The notes beneath the pieces were generated by a model. The model saw only the letters and a list, made by a program, of their open reading frames with translations, searched no databases and was not told where the DNA came from. The translations under genes were made by a program, and so were the position numbers. A stretch of 64,000 nt of DNA from Dysgonamonadaceae bacterium (lineage in GTDB: Bacteria; Bacteroidota; Bacteroidia; Bacteroidales; Azobacteroidaceae), in contig JAISOJ010000077.1 of assembly GCA_031275735.1 (NCBI GenBank), positions 17,254 through 81,253 on the forward strand, read 5' to 3'. This document shows, piece after piece, positions 1 through 10,210 of this stretch. How positions within the stretch are numbered: the stretch's first letter is position 1; each line of letters begins with the position of its first letter.

Positions 1-384
1 GCATATCGTGCCTGGAGCGGTTATGCCTTCGAACAGGTTTGCCTGGCTCACGTCGAGCAGATAAAACACAAACTGGGAATATCCGGAATACTTACCCATG
101 TAGCTTCATGGCGAAGCCATGATTCCAGGCAGGGAGCTCAAATCGACTTACTTATAGACCGCAAGGACGATGTTGTCAATCTTTGCGAGATGAAATATGC
201 CAATACGGAATTTATTATTGACAAGAAGTATGAACAGAACTTGCGAAACAAGCGGGAAGCGTTTGTCAACGAAACGAAAACCCGCAAAACAGTGCATATT
301 ACAATGGTTACTACCTACGGTGTGAAACGTAACGAATACTACGGCGTGATACAGTCGGAAGTGAAAATGGATGATTTGTTTTGA
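1..384 (+). CDS. 3' part of an ATP-binding protein (AAA ATPase with C-terminal DUF234/PD-(D/E)XK-like domain), 5'-truncated by the window edge
   Basis: Frame 1 is open from base 1 (AYRAWSGYAFEQVCLAHVEQIKHKLGISG...AQIDLLIDRKDDVVNLCEMKY), the typical C-terminus of Bacteroidetes ATP-binding proteins. Confidence 0.75.
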   Translation, partial: AYRAWSGYAFEQVCLAHVEQIKHKLGISGILTHVASWRSHDSRQGAQIDLLIDRKDDVVNLCEMKYANTEFIIDKKYEQNLRNKREAFVNETKTRKTVHITMVTTYGVKRNEYYGVIQSEVKMDDLF

Positions 385-432
385 ATCGAAGGAAATGGAA
401 TTTTTAATTTTTAATTTTTAGTTTATTTACTT

Positions 433-590
433 ATGAAACATTCCTGTTTAACAAACACCCAAGAGTATGCAAGTAAGGAGATTGCAAGTCGATCCCACAA
501 TAACGGGCTTCTCGTCACTCGTCACTTGTCACTCGTTCACTTGTTTACTCGTTTACTCGTCAACTCGTCAACTCGTTTACTCATTTATAA
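433..590 (+). repeat. Dispersed repeat element with 7/8-nt tandem units (CACTCGT/ACTCGTTT/ACTCGTCA), copy 1
   Basis: ATGAAACATTCcTGTtTaaCAaACACCCAAGAG head followed by tandem units at ~510-582; homologous inverted copy at 27860-27988. Confidence 0.8.
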
Positions 591-2115
591 ATTAATCGTC
601 CTGTTGATTGCCGTTGTCAATTGCTTGTCCGTTGCGGTCGCCCAAACCGATTCGCTGCATCATTACCTGAAAATAGCGGGACAAAATAATGCGGAAGTGA
701 AGGCGGCTTTCCTCCGTTACGAGGCTTCCCTGCAAAAAACGGCGCAGATGGGCGCTTACGAAGATCCGCAACTGGAGATGGGGTTCTTTCTTGAGCCGAT
801 GGATATTGTAGGCGGACGGGAAATTGCCCAATTCCAACTGATGCAGATGTTTCCCTGGTTCGGGACTAAAAAGGCCGCCCGCACCGAAGCCCGGCACATG
901 GCGAAAATGGCTTTCGAAGAATTTCGCGAAGTGCGGGACAATCTTTTTCTCGAAGTCTACATGCAGTGGTTTGTTCTTTGCAATTTGCAGCAAAGGCAGA
1001 TAAACAGCGAAGAGAACAGGAAGCTCCTGTTGCAGCTCGAAACGCTGGCTTTGCAGAAGTTTGCTTCGGGCGGAAGTTTTTCCGGTAAAACAGAGAAAAG
1101 AGAAACGGAAAAAGGCGAAAGGGGAAATGCTGCCGGGCGAACTGCCATGTCGGGTATGAATATGGAGAATACGCCGCTTCCGGGCAATTCGGTACCGCAG
1201 GAAAGTATGAGCAACATGTCCGGCATGAACATGGGAGGCACGTCTCCCTCCGGATTGTCGGAAGTATTGCGCATCCAACTCGAAATCGTCGAAATAGAAA
1301 GCAATATCGAGAGTATTTTGTCGGAAATAATCGCTGCCAAAGCCCGTTTTAATGCTTTGTTGAACCGTCCGTTGGAAAGCGAAGTACATATTCCTTCCCA
1401 ATTTTCACAGTTGTTTTATTTGTTTGATGTGGATAAGGTATTGCAAGCGGTCAGGGAGCAAAATCCCATGCTGGGGATGATCAGGCAGGAAGCTTTGGCT
1501 TACGGGGCGAAGGGGGAAATGGAAAGGAAAATGGGTTATCCGATGTTTGGTATCGGGTTGCAGTATATGCTGATTGGCAAAACGCCGCCGGACAAGGCGG
1601 GATTGAACGGGGAAACGGTGCAGAACGGTCATGCGGGTGAAAGTATGAATACGTCGGCCATTATGTTGGGCATGAACGGGAAAGACATGATTATGCCGAT
1701 GTTGTCGGTCAGCATCCCGATTTTCCGAAACAAATATAAGGCGGCTCGGAAGGAAAGCCGGTTGCTAAGACAAGCGAGTGAAGAAAAATATTTCAATACG
1801 CAAAACATGCTGGAGGCCTCTTTGTATGGGTTCAAGCATCAATTGGATGATGCTCTGCGTAAAATCAAGCTCTATCGGAAACAAAGCGAACTTGCCCGTA
1901 CTGCTTACGAATTGGTTGTCGGAGAGTTTACCTCAGGGAAAAGCGATTTGGGCGCAGTCGTCCAGGTGCAGCGTCAGCTTTTGGATTATCAGCTGAAGGA
2001 ATCCGAAGCGATTGCCGCATACAATACGGCCGTAGTCAATATTCAAAAATTAACGGCGCAATGGAGTGTGGATGGTGTGGATAATCCGTATTCTTTGCGT
2101 TTCATTTCAAAATAG
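433..2115 (+). CDS. TolC-family outer membrane efflux protein (CusC-like) with Met-rich insert
   Basis: Signal-like LIVLLIAVVNCLSVAVAQ; QMFPWFGT motif; MSGMNM repeats; upstream of a CusB-like gene. The first ~50 aa are repeat-derived, so the start is uncertain. Confidence 0.85.
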   Translation: MKHSCLTNTQEYASKEIASRSHNNGLLVTRHLSLVHLFTRLLVNSSTRLLIYKLIVLLIAVVNCLSVAVAQTDSLHHYLKIAGQNNAEVKAAFLRYEASLQKTAQMGAYEDPQLEMGFFLEPMDIVGGREIAQFQLMQMFPWFGTKKAARTEARHMAKMAFEEFREVRDNLFLEVYMQWFVLCNLQQRQINSEENRKLLLQLETLALQKFASGGSFSGKTEKRETEKGERGNAAGRTAMSGMNMENTPLPGNSVPQESMSNMSGMNMGGTSPSGLSEVLRIQLEIVEIESNIESILSEIIAAKARFNALLNRPLESEVHIPSQFSQLFYLFDVDKVLQAVREQNPMLGMIRQEALAYGAKGEMERKMGYPMFGIGLQYMLIGKTPPDKAGLNGETVQNGHAGESMNTSAIMLGMNGKDMIMPMLSVSIPIFRNKYKAARKESRLLRQASEEKYFNTQNMLEASLYGFKHQLDDALRKIKLYRKQSELARTAYELVVGEFTSGKSDLGAVVQVQRQLLDYQLKESEAIAAYNTAVVNIQKLTAQWSVDGVDNPYSLRFISK

Positions 2116-2125
2116 TAATTGTCGG

Positions 2126-3358
2126 ATGAAAACGAAAAATTTATTTTTATACTTTGTTTTCCTGGCGGCCGGCCTTTTTCTGGGCTGGTTGCTTTTCGGA
2201 AATTCTTCGGACAGCAGGTCGGAAGATGTTTCGCATGAACATTCGGAAGTGCGTGTGTGGACCTGCTCGATGCATCCGCAAATCAGGCAGGAGAAACCCG
2301 GACTGTGTCCGCTTTGCGCGATGGATTTGATTCCAGTCAAAACGGCGGTAACCGTCGGAGAAACCGTTGATTCGGAAACAATGGCGCTGTCGAACGAAGC
2401 CGCTGCACTGGCCAATATCCAAACGACAGTAGTCAGCCGCAGCCGTCCGGAGAAAGAAGTGCAGCTATACGGTACAATCCGGGTGGATGAACGTCGTTTA
2501 CATTCGCAGGTTTCGCATGTAAGCGGACGGATAGAAAAATTGCATGTTAATTTTACGGGTGAAACCATTCGTAAAGGTCAAATGATTGCGGAGATTTATT
2601 CGCCCGATTTGCTGAACGCTCAGCGGGAATTGCTGGAAGCGGTTAAAATCGGTGTTTCGCAGCCCGCCCTGTTGACGGCGGCGCGGGAAAAATTGCGTCA
2701 GTGGCGATTGACGGATGAACAGGTTGCTCAAATTGAACGGAGCGGGGTTGCTTCGCCGCTGATTGGTATTGCGGCTAACAGTCAGGGGATTGTTGTTGCA
2801 AAAAAAGTAGAGGCAGGCGATTACGTCAATCAGGGCGGCGTTTTGTTCGATGTGGCCGATTTATCGTCGGTATGGGCTTTGTTCGACGTTTACGAAGCCG
2901 ATCTTCCTTATCTGAAAAGGGGGGACAGGGTCAGCTATACGTTGCCGGCATTGCCCGGAAAGACGTTTTCGGGGCGTATTGCATTCATTGATCCGGTGTT
3001 GGACAGGGAGACCCGTACGGCCAAGGTGCGGGTGGAAACGGGTAATCCGCGTTTGGAGTTAAAGCCGGGGATGTATGCCAATGCCGTTGTTAAGGCAAGT
3101 CTTAAACAGTCGGGCGATGCGGTTGTAATTCCTAAAACGGCTGTGCTGTGGACGGGTAAGCGTTCGATTGTGTACGTGAAACAACAGGATAGCGATTTGC
3201 CTGCGTTCAAGCTTCGGGAAGTTGAGTTGGGCGCTTCGTTGGGCGAGGCCTGGGTGGTGCTGTCGGGACTTGGCGAAGGGGAAGAGATTGTGACGAACGG
3301 CGTGTTTACGATCGACGCCAGCGCCCAGTTGGAAGGAAAGAAAAGCATGATGAATTGA
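2126..3358 (+). CDS. Efflux RND periplasmic adaptor, CusB-like, with heavy-metal-binding domain
   Basis: WTCSMHPQIRQEKPGLCPLCAMDL motif; IYSPDL, LKPGMY and VVIPKTAV motifs; start chosen at MKTKNLF. Confidence 0.9.
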   Translation: MKTKNLFLYFVFLAAGLFLGWLLFGNSSDSRSEDVSHEHSEVRVWTCSMHPQIRQEKPGLCPLCAMDLIPVKTAVTVGETVDSETMALSNEAAALANIQTTVVSRSRPEKEVQLYGTIRVDERRLHSQVSHVSGRIEKLHVNFTGETIRKGQMIAEIYSPDLLNAQRELLEAVKIGVSQPALLTAAREKLRQWRLTDEQVAQIERSGVASPLIGIAANSQGIVVAKKVEAGDYVNQGGVLFDVADLSSVWALFDVYEADLPYLKRGDRVSYTLPALPGKTFSGRIAFIDPVLDRETRTAKVRVETGNPRLELKPGMYANAVVKASLKQSGDAVVIPKTAVLWTGKRSIVYVKQQDSDLPAFKLREVELGASLGEAWVVLSGLGEGEEIVTNGVFTIDASAQLEGKKSMMN

Positions 3359-3399
3359 GAATTTAGTGTTAATTATAAACCATTTAAAAGTAAAGAAAA

Positions 3400-3771
3400 A
3401 TGAAGAAGTTAATTTTTTTATCGGCAGTAATCGTTTTGATTGCCGTCAACAGCGGCTGTTCGGGTAAAAAGCAAAGTCCGGATGAAACCGTTTCGACGGT
3501 TTCCGTTGAGGAAACTCAGGCAACCTTGGTTGTTCAAGGCAATTGCGAAATGTGCAAGTCTAACATCGAAAAGGCGGCGCAAGGGGAGGAGGGAGTCGGT
3601 TCTGCTGAATGGGACGGCGAATCGAAAGAATTGCAGGTGCGTTTTGATGCGGCAAAAACTTCGCCGGATGCTATCAGTAAGGCAATTGCAGCAGCCGGCT
3701 ATGATACCGAAAAGGATAAGGCGGATGATGAGGCGTACAATGCTTTGGCGCCTTGCTGCAAGTACAGGTGA
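3400..3771 (+). CDS. Heavy-metal-associated (HMA) domain lipoprotein / metallochaperone
   Basis: Lipobox-like NSGC; GNCEMCKSNIE; C-terminal LAPCCKYR. Confidence 0.85.
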   Translation: MKKLIFLSAVIVLIAVNSGCSGKKQSPDETVSTVSVEETQATLVVQGNCEMCKSNIEKAAQGEEGVGSAEWDGESKELQVRFDAAKTSPDAISKAIAAAGYDTEKDKADDEAYNALAPCCKYR

Positions 3772-3780
3772 AAAATTTGA

Positions 3781-3810
3781 TGCAGGCAGGGATAATTTTT
3801 CCTGCCTGCA
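3781..3810 (+). terminator. Hairpin after the metal-efflux operon
   Basis: TGCAGGCAGG-N10-CCTGCCTGCA perfect 10-bp stem. Confidence 0.7.
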
Positions 3811-3867
3811 ATAATAACTTCTATTTATACGTTAAAACAATAGTTATTTACTTTAACATTAACAAAT

Positions 3868-4500
3868 ATGAAGACTAATTTTTCGCCTCGGATCTCGTTG
3901 TTGGCCACAATTCCATTTGTATTGTTTGGCTTCAACTGGAGCTTTTCAATAGGGGGTACAGGTGTTTCTCCTTTCAGCAACGCTTTTTTTATTGCCTCCG
4001 TTGTTTCCATGTTCATTCTTCTGGGAATAGGATGGGTAAAGGATTTTCCGCGCTGGTCGTTACCGGCAGTGGGGTTTTGTACGCTTTTTAGCGCTTTTTT
4101 TACAGCAGTAACCGTACCTGGCTTTAAAGACGAAAATTTAGGTTATTGGGCATGGGTACCATTACTTATAACTCTTGTTATTTGCTTAATAATTAAACCT
4201 TCAATAAGTCCGGCCAAGCAACTCGCCAAACAAATTAAGAATGAACCGATATTAATCGGGTTTATTTTGTATGGTTTTGCCCCGTTTTTTATATTTTTAT
4301 TTTGCGATGAAATTCATTCGGTTTGGATGTTGCCCATAGTTTTAGTTTCTACCTTTATCCTTTCGCTGGGCTTGTACTTATTTTTAAAAAGCGAGCGAAG
4401 ACGAATGAGATTTCTTTCAATTGTATATTCCGGACTACTGGCGTTTATAATTACATTTACAGCCAGTTATTTTTATTGGGAATTTTTGTTTAAATATTAG
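3868..4500 (+). CDS. Hypothetical multi-pass membrane protein
   Basis: 210-aa ORF with ~6-7 hydrophobic segments. Confidence 0.7.
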   Translation: MKTNFSPRISLLATIPFVLFGFNWSFSIGGTGVSPFSNAFFIASVVSMFILLGIGWVKDFPRWSLPAVGFCTLFSAFFTAVTVPGFKDENLGYWAWVPLLITLVICLIIKPSISPAKQLAKQIKNEPILIGFILYGFAPFFIFLFCDEIHSVWMLPIVLVSTFILSLGLYLFLKSERRRMRFLSIVYSGLLAFIITFTASYFYWEFLFKY

Positions 4501-4538
4501 ATACATAAAATCATTCCGGTAAAAAATAAATAGACCTT

Positions 4539-7433
4539 ATGTTCGACGAAAATTTTTCCGAGCTTTTCCTCGATCTTGTTGCCGGCGATGTAATAACTCG
4601 GTTAGGGACTGATTTAGCTGATATTACAGTTGTTTTTCCAAACATTCGTGCCGGTTTGTTTTTCAACCAATCACTTTACCGGCATGCTAAAAAGCCATTG
4701 TGGACGCCTCGTTATCAATCAATTGAATCACTTTTCGAAAATGCCTCCACTTTAAGAAAAGGCGACAGTATCCATTTAATCGGTGAATTATATAAAACGT
4801 ATATCGACATTTTTAATGCCCATTCCGCTATCCCTTCTGTCGAAACTTTGGACGAGTTTTTCTTCTTTGGGGAAATACTCTTGAGTGATTTCGACGATAT
4901 AGACAAAAACCTGGCAAATGTGCATTTGTTGTTTGGCAACCTCCAGGATTTAGACCAATTGAAAGACAATTTTTCCCATTTGACCGAAAATCAAATCAAA
5001 ACGTTGATGCAATATTTCAAACACGTTTTTCAGGGCGAAAGCGCGTTGAAAACCGCTTTTTGGAATATTTGGAGTATTTTGGGCGAGGTTTATTTTGCTT
5101 TGAAGGAAAAATTAGAAACGAAAAATATTGCTTATCCCGGCATGTTGATGCGCTCTGTGATTGAAAATAAAGAAAACCGTTTTACAGAAAAACAATATAT
5201 ATTTGCCGGATTCAATGTCTTGAATCAATGCGAAAAAAAGCTTTTCGCTCGGTTAAAAGATAAAGCGTTGTTTTACTGGGATTACGATTCGTATTATTTG
5301 GAAACGGAAGCCGGAAGATTTATCAAAAACAACATTTGTAAATTCGGTTCGGCTTTAAACGCAGCTCCTTTCGACTCGTTTCGAACAAAAGAAAAAAAAA
5401 TTACTTTTTTGGCGTCTTCTTCCGAAAACGGACAAGCGGCTGTTATTCCTTCCTGGATTGATTCGTTGGATGAACCACCTTCTCCTACCTTCCCCGATTC
5501 GGCCATCGTGTTGTGCAATGAAGCCGTTTTACCCGCAGTAATGCATACGATTCCTTCCGAAAAAGTAGAAAATATCAATATTACCATGGGTTTTCCGATA
5601 ACATTAACTCCTATTAGTAGTTTTTTGCAAGTGTTGACGGAAATGCAAACCCTTGGATTTCACGCATCCAATCGATCGTTCCGTTACAAATTTGTCTTGC
5701 CGGTATTGCGGCATCCTTATACGGCAATTCTGTTTCCCGAAGCTAACAAAGTGGAACAAGAAATCGTAAATAATCATATTTTTTTCCCTACATTAGATGT
5801 TTTGAGAGATGAATTGCTTTTTTCTTTTGCAAAAGATACTTCGGATTTAGCCGCTTATTTGTTGGAAGTTACCCAACGATTAGGCGTTTGTATGGGAAAA
5901 GAAAATCTATATACTGAAACCTACAACGGTTTGTATGCCGAATCCGTTTTTCGGGCTTACCAAGTAATCAATCGTTTAAACGGATTATTGGCAATCGGCG
6001 ACTGGCGACTGGGGAAGCCAACTTTTCTACGCTTGCTCCGAAAATTAATGTCCACGGTAAAAATTCCTTTTCATGGCGAGCCGGTAAAAGGTTTACAGAT
6101 CATGGGTATGCTGGAAACCCGTACACTCGATTTCAAAAATATCTTGATGCTGAGCGTAAATGAAGGGTTTATGCCGGGAAATAACAGCGAAAATACATTC
6201 ATTCCTCAATTTCTCAGGCAACATTTCGATCTGAATACGGTTGATCAACAAGATTCGATTTACGCTTATTATTTTTACCGTCTGATACAACGTTCTGAAA
6301 ATCTCACATTTGTGTATAATGTAGACAAAACGCAGGTAGGCAAGGCGGAAATCAGCCGCTTCCTTTTGCAATTGCTTATCGAATCGCCATGGAAAATGGA
6401 GATAAAACGCCAGGCAATGCAATTGCCCATAACTCCTTGGCAACCCCAAGCGATTCGTATCGAAAAAGACGAAGCCTTATTAAGTCGGATTCGAACACAA
6501 TACGATCTGAACCTCAATCCGGAGGCAAGCCGATTGTCGCCAACGGCGTTAAACACTTATATCGATTGTTCGTTTAAATTCTACCAGCAATATATCGAAG
6601 GATTGAAAAACAAAGAAGAATTATCGGACGAATTGGATAATTCGGTTTTCGGGTCTATTTTTCACCGCACCGCCGAATACCTTTACAGGGAAATCGGACA
6701 AATCTCGGAAGAAATAAAAATTTTTTCCCCCTTTGTTGTTAGAAAAGAACATTTTACTCCCTACCTAAAAACGCCTCATCGGATAGAAAAATTAGTCGGT
6801 CGTGCCTTTGAACGGGAATATTTCAAGGGAAAACCGGTAGCACTGGAAAATTTCAACGGAAAACAATTAATTAACTACAAAATCATTTGCCATATTGTCA
6901 AACGGTTAATTGAATTTGATTCCCTACGCGCACCCTTCACGTTGCATGGATTGGAATATCCCCTCACTTCGTTTTTTACTTTGGAAAAAAACGATGTAAA
7001 ATTGAAAATTGGAGGTATTATCGATCGATTGGAAGAAAAAGACGGCTGTTTCTATATCATTGATTATAAAACCGGTGGAAAAGGAAAAACGTATAAGACT
7101 TTGCATGATCTCTTTACCGCCAAAGATAACCGCGCATCGCATATTTTCCAGACGTTTGTGTATGCTTCCGCTTTGCTTCAAAAAGAAAATTTCCAATTAC
7201 CGGTAGTTCCGGCATTAATGTATATACAAGAAGCCGGAAAAGAAAATTATTCGCCGGTCGTCTTGTACAATAAAGAACCTATCCGAGATTTCAGGGAATT
7301 GAATTGCGAATTTGAATCCTTACTGAAACAAAAGGTTGAGGAATTGTTTAATCCGGCTATTCCATTTCAACAAACCGAAATCGCGGGTAATTGCGAATAC
7401 TGTGATTTCAAAGAAATGTGCGCACGACAATAG
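4539..7433 (+). CDS. AddB/RexB-like PD-(D/E)XK nuclease with inactive helicase-like N-terminus and Fe-S cysteines
   Basis: VVFPNIRAGLFF, LQIMGMLETRTLDF, LSPTALNTYIDC, GIIDRL...IIDYKTG, C-terminal CEYCDFKEMC. Confidence 0.85.
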   Translation: MFDENFSELFLDLVAGDVITRLGTDLADITVVFPNIRAGLFFNQSLYRHAKKPLWTPRYQSIESLFENASTLRKGDSIHLIGELYKTYIDIFNAHSAIPSVETLDEFFFFGEILLSDFDDIDKNLANVHLLFGNLQDLDQLKDNFSHLTENQIKTLMQYFKHVFQGESALKTAFWNIWSILGEVYFALKEKLETKNIAYPGMLMRSVIENKENRFTEKQYIFAGFNVLNQCEKKLFARLKDKALFYWDYDSYYLETEAGRFIKNNICKFGSALNAAPFDSFRTKEKKITFLASSSENGQAAVIPSWIDSLDEPPSPTFPDSAIVLCNEAVLPAVMHTIPSEKVENINITMGFPITLTPISSFLQVLTEMQTLGFHASNRSFRYKFVLPVLRHPYTAILFPEANKVEQEIVNNHIFFPTLDVLRDELLFSFAKDTSDLAAYLLEVTQRLGVCMGKENLYTETYNGLYAESVFRAYQVINRLNGLLAIGDWRLGKPTFLRLLRKLMSTVKIPFHGEPVKGLQIMGMLETRTLDFKNILMLSVNEGFMPGNNSENTFIPQFLRQHFDLNTVDQQDSIYAYYFYRLIQRSENLTFVYNVDKTQVGKAEISRFLLQLLIESPWKMEIKRQAMQLPITPWQPQAIRIEKDEALLSRIRTQYDLNLNPEASRLSPTALNTYIDCSFKFYQQYIEGLKNKEELSDELDNSVFGSIFHRTAEYLYREIGQISEEIKIFSPFVVRKEHFTPYLKTPHRIEKLVGRAFEREYFKGKPVALENFNGKQLINYKIICHIVKRLIEFDSLRAPFTLHGLEYPLTSFFTLEKNDVKLKIGGIIDRLEEKDGCFYIIDYKTGGKGKTYKTLHDLFTAKDNRASHIFQTFVYASALLQKENFQLPVVPALMYIQEAGKENYSPVVLYNKEPIRDFRELNCEFESLLKQKVEELFNPAIPFQQTEIAGNCEYCDFKEMCARQ

Positions 7434-7445
7434 CCGAATAATAAG

Positions 7446-9992
7446 TTATAGCAATCCGACATTATTTGCTCCGTTTTTCAACAGATTTTTAAACGAACCC
7501 TTATAAGGTTCTCCCAATAATAGCTTATATTCGTTACAAAACGCGTTAAACACTTTTTTAGAAGATTCGTTTTTACCTATTTTCAACAAATTACGGCATT
7601 TGATTTGAAGCGCTTCTTCGCTGAGCGAATCATGGACAAAAATAGCGTCGGCTAGGAAAACGGCTAAAGCTGGAGAAATGACGCTTTCTAATTGGTTGTA
7701 CAGTTCTAATAAGAAATCAATCAGATTGTTTGAAAATTCGGATTTAAAAGAATCAATCCATTCGATAGGTAAATCGGGAAGAAATTCTCCCCTTGAAACA
7801 ATAGAAAGAAGAGATTGAATATCTTCCATATCCGGATTTTTTTTGTTTTTAGAAAGTTTGTCCATCAAAAACAAAGCTTCCGAATAATCGCAAAACACAT
7901 CATTGTCAAATTCGATACTCCAAAACATATTCTGGCTTTTTATCTTGATGTCGCCTATTCGGTTCAATGTATGTCTAAGTTTGTTAATAAATACTCCTCG
8001 ATTATTTTTTGCACTTTCTTCCGATTTGTCGTACCATAACAAACTTTTCATCTTGAAATTGGAAACGCCTTTACTATCTTTCATCGTATATAAAACGATA
8101 AGAAGAAAAAGTTGTTTAAGCATGGGCGAAAAATCTTTTGTAATATCATTTCCTTCTTTATCAATTAATTGAAACTCTCCGAATAAATAAATTGATTGTT
8201 TATTTTTGACTGTATTTCCGAATAATATTTTCTTAACGGGTTTTCGTTTTTTTCTTTTTTTAACAAATAAGCCAATACAGGTAAGGATAAAAAATCCGCT
8301 TATACCAAGTATTAAAGGTAAAAAATTAGTCTTTTCTTCTTTTTGGTACAATTTACTTCTTGAAAAAGGGGGATTGGCCAATGTATAGATAGATACCGTA
8401 CAGGAGTTGTCGTTTTGTGTATTAATAATTGTAGCAATCAACAAGTTAAGCGTTTTATCCATGTATAAATCCACAGAAGTTTTTGCATCTTCGAAGGTAA
8501 AAGGAATGGTGTCTGCAATTGTCTGGTATTCAGGTTTATCTATCGAAATTTTCATCAGCGATAAATTCGTATGAACTTGCGAAATAGGATAGGCGAGCGC
8601 ATAAAATGACTTTTGCTCTGCATCGGGAATAATTGAACCGGCTACGACAAAATCAACTAAAGGCGGTTCCATTTCCCAAATCTTTTTAACTTCCAGAGAC
8701 TTTACATCTATTTTGTATAGATCGTAATAACAATGAGGCGATACCCTTTGATTTCCGGTTTCACTGCCATAACCGCCAAACAAAAGAATATGCCGGCTAT
8801 CAATTTCTCCAAGTCCGCATAAATAACGAGGCGCAATCCTGTCTCCTTTCAATAAAAGGCTTTCCCACATTTGATTAGAATAATTGTAGCGGTCAAATCC
8901 GTTTTTGTATTGGTGATATTCGTATCCGCCGAACAAATATAAACAGTTATCTTTTTCAAGAAAAAGGTTACTATGGTGCCAATTACCCGGATACCTCCGA
9001 ATTTCAAGCTCTTTATTCCATTGGTTTTCAAGCGTATCGTAAACCAATATTTCCCTTTCTTGATCGCGGTTGAAAATATAACAATTGTATTTTTTTGTAA
9101 CGGAATTATATATCAAGTTGTTGGAATTAGAATAGCTGAAAATCAAGGGATGAAGCACTTCCTCTTCTGTAAATGTCGAAGAACGAAGATTGAAACGAAT
9201 AAATTTATCCTGATCGAAAATCCCGATTTCATTTTTATCCGGATTACAAGCAAGTTGCGGATTGCTGCGAGTTTTAAAAGCGGCTTGTTTCTTCCAAGAC
9301 ACATGACTATCCGACAACCATACCGGATTTTCACAAGAAGCAAAACACGATTTCAAATTGTCATATACGCCTGTATCGGAATGTTTGGATAATTCCCAAT
9401 GAAAAAGCAATTCCTTCGACATGCCGGCAATTTTAATATCTTTCAATTTAAACAAAGGAACATCAGTCGTTTGAATCCTCGACATATTATTTTTACCAAA
9501 CAAAATATTGACATTTTTTAAGCGGCTTAAATTCACATTTTGTTTTGTAAATTCGCTGTTTCCGACCAAAAACCGGATGGCGCTGTTTTTTGTATCAACC
9601 TGGATTTCAATCGGAATGAATCGATCGTAATGGATATTCACATTATCAAACGGTTGATCGAAATAGATACCGTAAGAAGCAGAAATAAGGGATATCATGG
9701 TTTGACCGGCGTCGTTAAAACCGTTTAACACAAGATCGATCAAGCTTCCGTCTTCATTTAATATCCTGCATATATGTCCGAAAGGATGAATCATTTTAGA
9801 GTCAAGATTAACATCAAAAGACATTATAAATCCTTTAGGAAAGTGAAAAGGTTTTTTCGGAGTTAAATTTAATCCTGTACGTTTTTCTTTTTCAACTTCG
9901 TATGATTTGAATGCCAAGCCATATTGGATTTCTTGTCCTTTTAGCGGCAACAAAAAAAGAAAAAACAATAAAAGAAGTAAACCAGTCCTCAT
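7446..9992 (-). CDS. Membrane-spanning transcriptional regulator (periplasmic Kelch propeller, TM helix, cytoplasmic wHTH/BTAD-like domain)
   Basis: Signal peptide; Kelch LYLFGGY/LLFGGYG repeats; TM FLPLILGISGFFILTCIGLFV; IYLFGEFQLIDKEGNDIT...LKQLFLLI...NNRGVFINKLR. Confidence 0.8.
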   Translation of the reverse strand: MRTGLLLLLFFLFLLPLKGQEIQYGLAFKSYEVEKEKRTGLNLTPKKPFHFPKGFIMSFDVNLDSKMIHPFGHICRILNEDGSLIDLVLNGFNDAGQTMISLISASYGIYFDQPFDNVNIHYDRFIPIEIQVDTKNSAIRFLVGNSEFTKQNVNLSRLKNVNILFGKNNMSRIQTTDVPLFKLKDIKIAGMSKELLFHWELSKHSDTGVYDNLKSCFASCENPVWLSDSHVSWKKQAAFKTRSNPQLACNPDKNEIGIFDQDKFIRFNLRSSTFTEEEVLHPLIFSYSNSNNLIYNSVTKKYNCYIFNRDQEREILVYDTLENQWNKELEIRRYPGNWHHSNLFLEKDNCLYLFGGYEYHQYKNGFDRYNYSNQMWESLLLKGDRIAPRYLCGLGEIDSRHILLFGGYGSETGNQRVSPHCYYDLYKIDVKSLEVKKIWEMEPPLVDFVVAGSIIPDAEQKSFYALAYPISQVHTNLSLMKISIDKPEYQTIADTIPFTFEDAKTSVDLYMDKTLNLLIATIINTQNDNSCTVSIYTLANPPFSRSKLYQKEEKTNFLPLILGISGFFILTCIGLFVKKRKKRKPVKKILFGNTVKNKQSIYLFGEFQLIDKEGNDITKDFSPMLKQLFLLIVLYTMKDSKGVSNFKMKSLLWYDKSEESAKNNRGVFINKLRHTLNRIGDIKIKSQNMFWSIEFDNDVFCDYSEALFLMDKLSKNKKNPDMEDIQSLLSIVSRGEFLPDLPIEWIDSFKSEFSNNLIDFLLELYNQLESVISPALAVFLADAIFVHDSLSEEALQIKCRNLLKIGKNESSKKVFNAFCNEYKLLLGEPYKGSFKNLLKNGANNVGLL

Positions 9993-10043
9993 GCGATTTA
10001 AATGTTAATTCACAAAAGTAATAAAAGAATCATAAATAAAAAT

Positions 10044-10210
10044 AGTAAAATGAGCTTAATTTTAAGAAAATACAAAATATAAATCTAAAAATTTCTCTTA
10101 TTAACCTTTCTCTTAATGTTTTTATTAACCCGGAGTCTTTTTATTTATATCATAGTTTCATCTTTGCACACTTAAATATAATTTTATGAATGAAAAAACG
10201 TATAGATTAA
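10044..10210 (+). promoter_or_regulatory. Duplicated promoter/5' region, copy 1 (divergent from the Kelch regulator)
   Basis: Closely similar to 15677-15829, including TTATTAAC/TTCTTAAT repeats and the first codons (MNEKTYRL vs MNKKYRL). Confidence 0.75.

Noticed and set aside
505-585. Possible CRISPR array
   Set aside because: Units are 7-8 nt and contiguous with no spacers, and there are no cas genes in the window
592-1401. 269-aa antisense ORF (and similar shadow ORFs throughout, e.g. 44894-45523, 62136-62651)
   Set aside because: Opposite well-supported genes, with no recognisable motifs
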